64,000 bases of DNA from an uncultured delta proteobacterium (GTDB lineage Bacteria; Desulfobacterota; Binatia; UBA9968), in the NCBI GenBank assembly GCA_963737905.1, contig CAVTUQ010000001.1, forward strand, positions 74,066 through 138,065. Direction: 5' to 3'. Shown piece by piece: positions 62,136 to 64,000 of this stretch. Position numbers and translations under genes: made by a program. The notes beneath the pieces are model-generated. The model saw only the letters and a list, made by a program, of their open reading frames with translations. It was not told where the DNA came from and searched no databases. The first letter of the stretch is position 1, and the number at the start of each line of letters is the position of its first letter.

Positions 62136-63101
62136 ATGAGGATTTTAATGATAGGGAACCAAAAATCATGGACACGAGTTTTGTTGGCTTTGACTTTGTT
62201 CTTTCCGAACCTGATCAACGGCGCTGAGGTCACGCAAAAAATCCGCATCGGTCTCCCCTCTGTGGCCCTCACCTACACGCCTTTTTACGTAGCCCAAGAG
62301 AAAGGCTTTCTCAAGAAAGCCGGTCTCGAAGCAGAATACATACAAATGAACACGAGCATCCAACCGCAGGCGCTGATCAACGGCAATATCAATTTTTTCC
62401 CTTCTCTATCGACCGGAATTTCGGCGGCGGTCGTCGGGCTGCCGCTGGTGGTGGTGCTCAATTTTTACAACATCACGCCGTGGATGCTCGTGACCAGCAA
62501 AGACATCAACAAGCCGCAGGATCTGCTTGGCAAGAAGGTCGCGGTGTCGGGCATTCGCACCACGGGTCATCAATTGATGGCGGCGTGGTTCAAGAAATTT
62601 GAGATCAACGAAAAAGAGGTTAGCTTTATTTTGACCGGCGGCACTTCGGGGAGCTTTGCGGCGCTCGCCAGCGGGCAGATTGCCGGCGCCGTGCTGACGC
62701 CGCCTTACGACGACAAGGCAGTGACCAAAGGTTTCAAAAAATTCATGTTGATCGGCGACTTGCTCGACATACCGACGTCCGGTCTGATCGCTTCCCGCGC
62801 TGAAGTGACGAACCATCGTGACAGAGTGCAAAAAACCATCGGCGCGCTATTCGAAGCCATCGCTTGGATTCGCGCCAATCGGCCAGACACAGCGAAGATG
62901 ATCGCCGACAAGTTCAAAATCACGCCAGTCGAAGCCAACGGTGCCTACGAGACCTTGCTCAGTATGTTCAACAAAGACGGCCGACTACCGGCGAAGGTCG
63001 CCCGCGGCTACTTAGACTTACTGCGGCAGGAGCGACCTTTGCCCGCCGACCTCGATCCACAGAAGTTTCTCGACTTTTCCATGCTGCCTGAAGCGAGATA
63101 G
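62136..63101 (+). CDS. NitT/TauT-type ABC substrate-binding protein
   Basis: PFYVAQEKGFLKKAGLE, DLLGKKVAV, ALASGQI. Confidence 0.88.
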   Translation: MRILMIGNQKSWTRVLLALTLFFPNLINGAEVTQKIRIGLPSVALTYTPFYVAQEKGFLKKAGLEAEYIQMNTSIQPQALINGNINFFPSLSTGISAAVVGLPLVVVLNFYNITPWMLVTSKDINKPQDLLGKKVAVSGIRTTGHQLMAAWFKKFEINEKEVSFILTGGTSGSFAALASGQIAGAVLTPPYDDKAVTKGFKKFMLIGDLLDIPTSGLIASRAEVTNHRDRVQKTIGALFEAIAWIRANRPDTAKMIADKFKITPVEANGAYETLLSMFNKDGRLPAKVARGYLDLLRQERPLPADLDPQKFLDFSMLPEAR

Positions 63102-63322
63102 CAAGCGGCCATCCTAGTGCCGCTGTTGGCCAGCCCACGCGGATGAACTGGGCGCCCGGGATATTGGGCGAGCTGGCGACCGGAAGAGCTCCACCTCTTT
63201 AGTTCTCTTTCCCATCACGTAGAATGATCGCTAGGGTCATTAACTTACTTCACAGCCCACTCGTCTAAGCAGATTACACTGCGTGAACTGCGACGCGATG
63301 CCAAAAAACCTAGGGAATAGTA

Positions 63323-64000
63323 GTGGCTGACAACATAAGGTCACCGGTCACGCGTCTTTACCAGCGGCTCCTGGCCTGCTTCACGGCGGTGATCGATCCC
63401 ACCTTGAGTAGGCGGGCGAGGATTTTTTATGCCGGGAAGGCCCTGGCTTCTCTTGTCGCGCTTGGACTGGCTCTGTTATGCGCGTACGCCCTCATTTTAA
63501 TCCCGTTCACGCCGAGTATTTCCGATCTACGGAAAGCCAAGATCGACCGACCGGCGGTGCTCATTTCCTCCGATGGCAAACGCCTGGCGACGTTCAAGCC
63601 GATGAATCGCCAGTGGGTCCGGTTAAATCAAGTCTCCCCGCATGTGATCGCCGCGCTGATTGCCACCGAAGATCACCGTTTCTACCAGCACTACGGCATT
63701 GACCTGCGGCGCACCGCGGCGGGCATGCTGCGTGTCTTCATCGCAGATCCGGAGGGCGGTTCCACTCTTACCCAGCAACTCGCGCGCAACCTCTACCCGG
63801 AGCAAATTGGCCGCCAACGGACGGTCACACGGAAAATCAAGGAGACGATCACGGCGATTAAAATCGAGTATGCCTATACGAAAAAGGAAATATTGGAAAC
63901 CTATCTCAACACTATGCCGTTTTTGTACAATGCCTTCGGCATCGAGATGGCGGCGCGTACCTACTTCGACAAACCCGCCCAGAAACTCAGTGTCCTTGAA
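63323..64000 (+). CDS. Class A penicillin-binding protein (transglycosylase part; runs off window)
   Basis: Manual translation: transmembrane helix, then ATEDHRFYQHYGID, GGSTLTQQLARNL, RKIKE, KKEILETYLN. Confidence 0.9.
   Translation, partial: MADNIRSPVTRLYQRLLACFTAVIDPTLSRRARIFYAGKALASLVALGLALLCAYALILIPFTPSISDLRKAKIDRPAVLISSDGKRLATFKPMNRQWVRLNQVSPHVIAALIATEDHRFYQHYGIDLRRTAAGMLRVFIADPEGGSTLTQQLARNLYPEQIGRQRTVTRKIKETITAIKIEYAYTKKEILETYLNTMPFLYNAFGIEMAARTYFDKPAQKLSVLE

Overview
The window looks like accessory chromosome of a soil-type bacterium. Gene content (many orphan Bug/TctC and NitT/TauT binding proteins, amidohydrolases, MmgE/PrpD, multi-GAF kinases) suggests Candidatus Binatia/Deltaproteobacteria; this is inference only. 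Main parts: (1) a compact CDP-alcohol phosphatidyltransferase / PhnW-like transaminase / pgpA operon that may build an amino-polyol phospholipid; (2) remnants of a tRNA-Phe-targeting integrative element (att-like cores, arm-like repeats, two terminase-small-subunit-like ORFs, a toxin-antitoxin pair); (3) a 1843-aa cytoplasmic histidine kinase with nine GAF domains, plus a paralog at the window edge; (4) a catabolic/transport block at 21-39 kb; (5) a 39.6-54 kb island where GmrSD-like, HEPN-like, an IS-split PD-(D/E)XK nuclease and a Fic gene are interspersed with GGGGTCA/TGACCCC repeats and ends of REP-associated tyrosine transposases; (6) four IS elements with readable terminal repeats and target duplications, and several MITE-like elements. 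Scattered single-base frameshifts suggest long-read assembly error. I found no CRISPR array, rRNA or complete tRNA. Family calls come from motif recognition by eye, not database searches.
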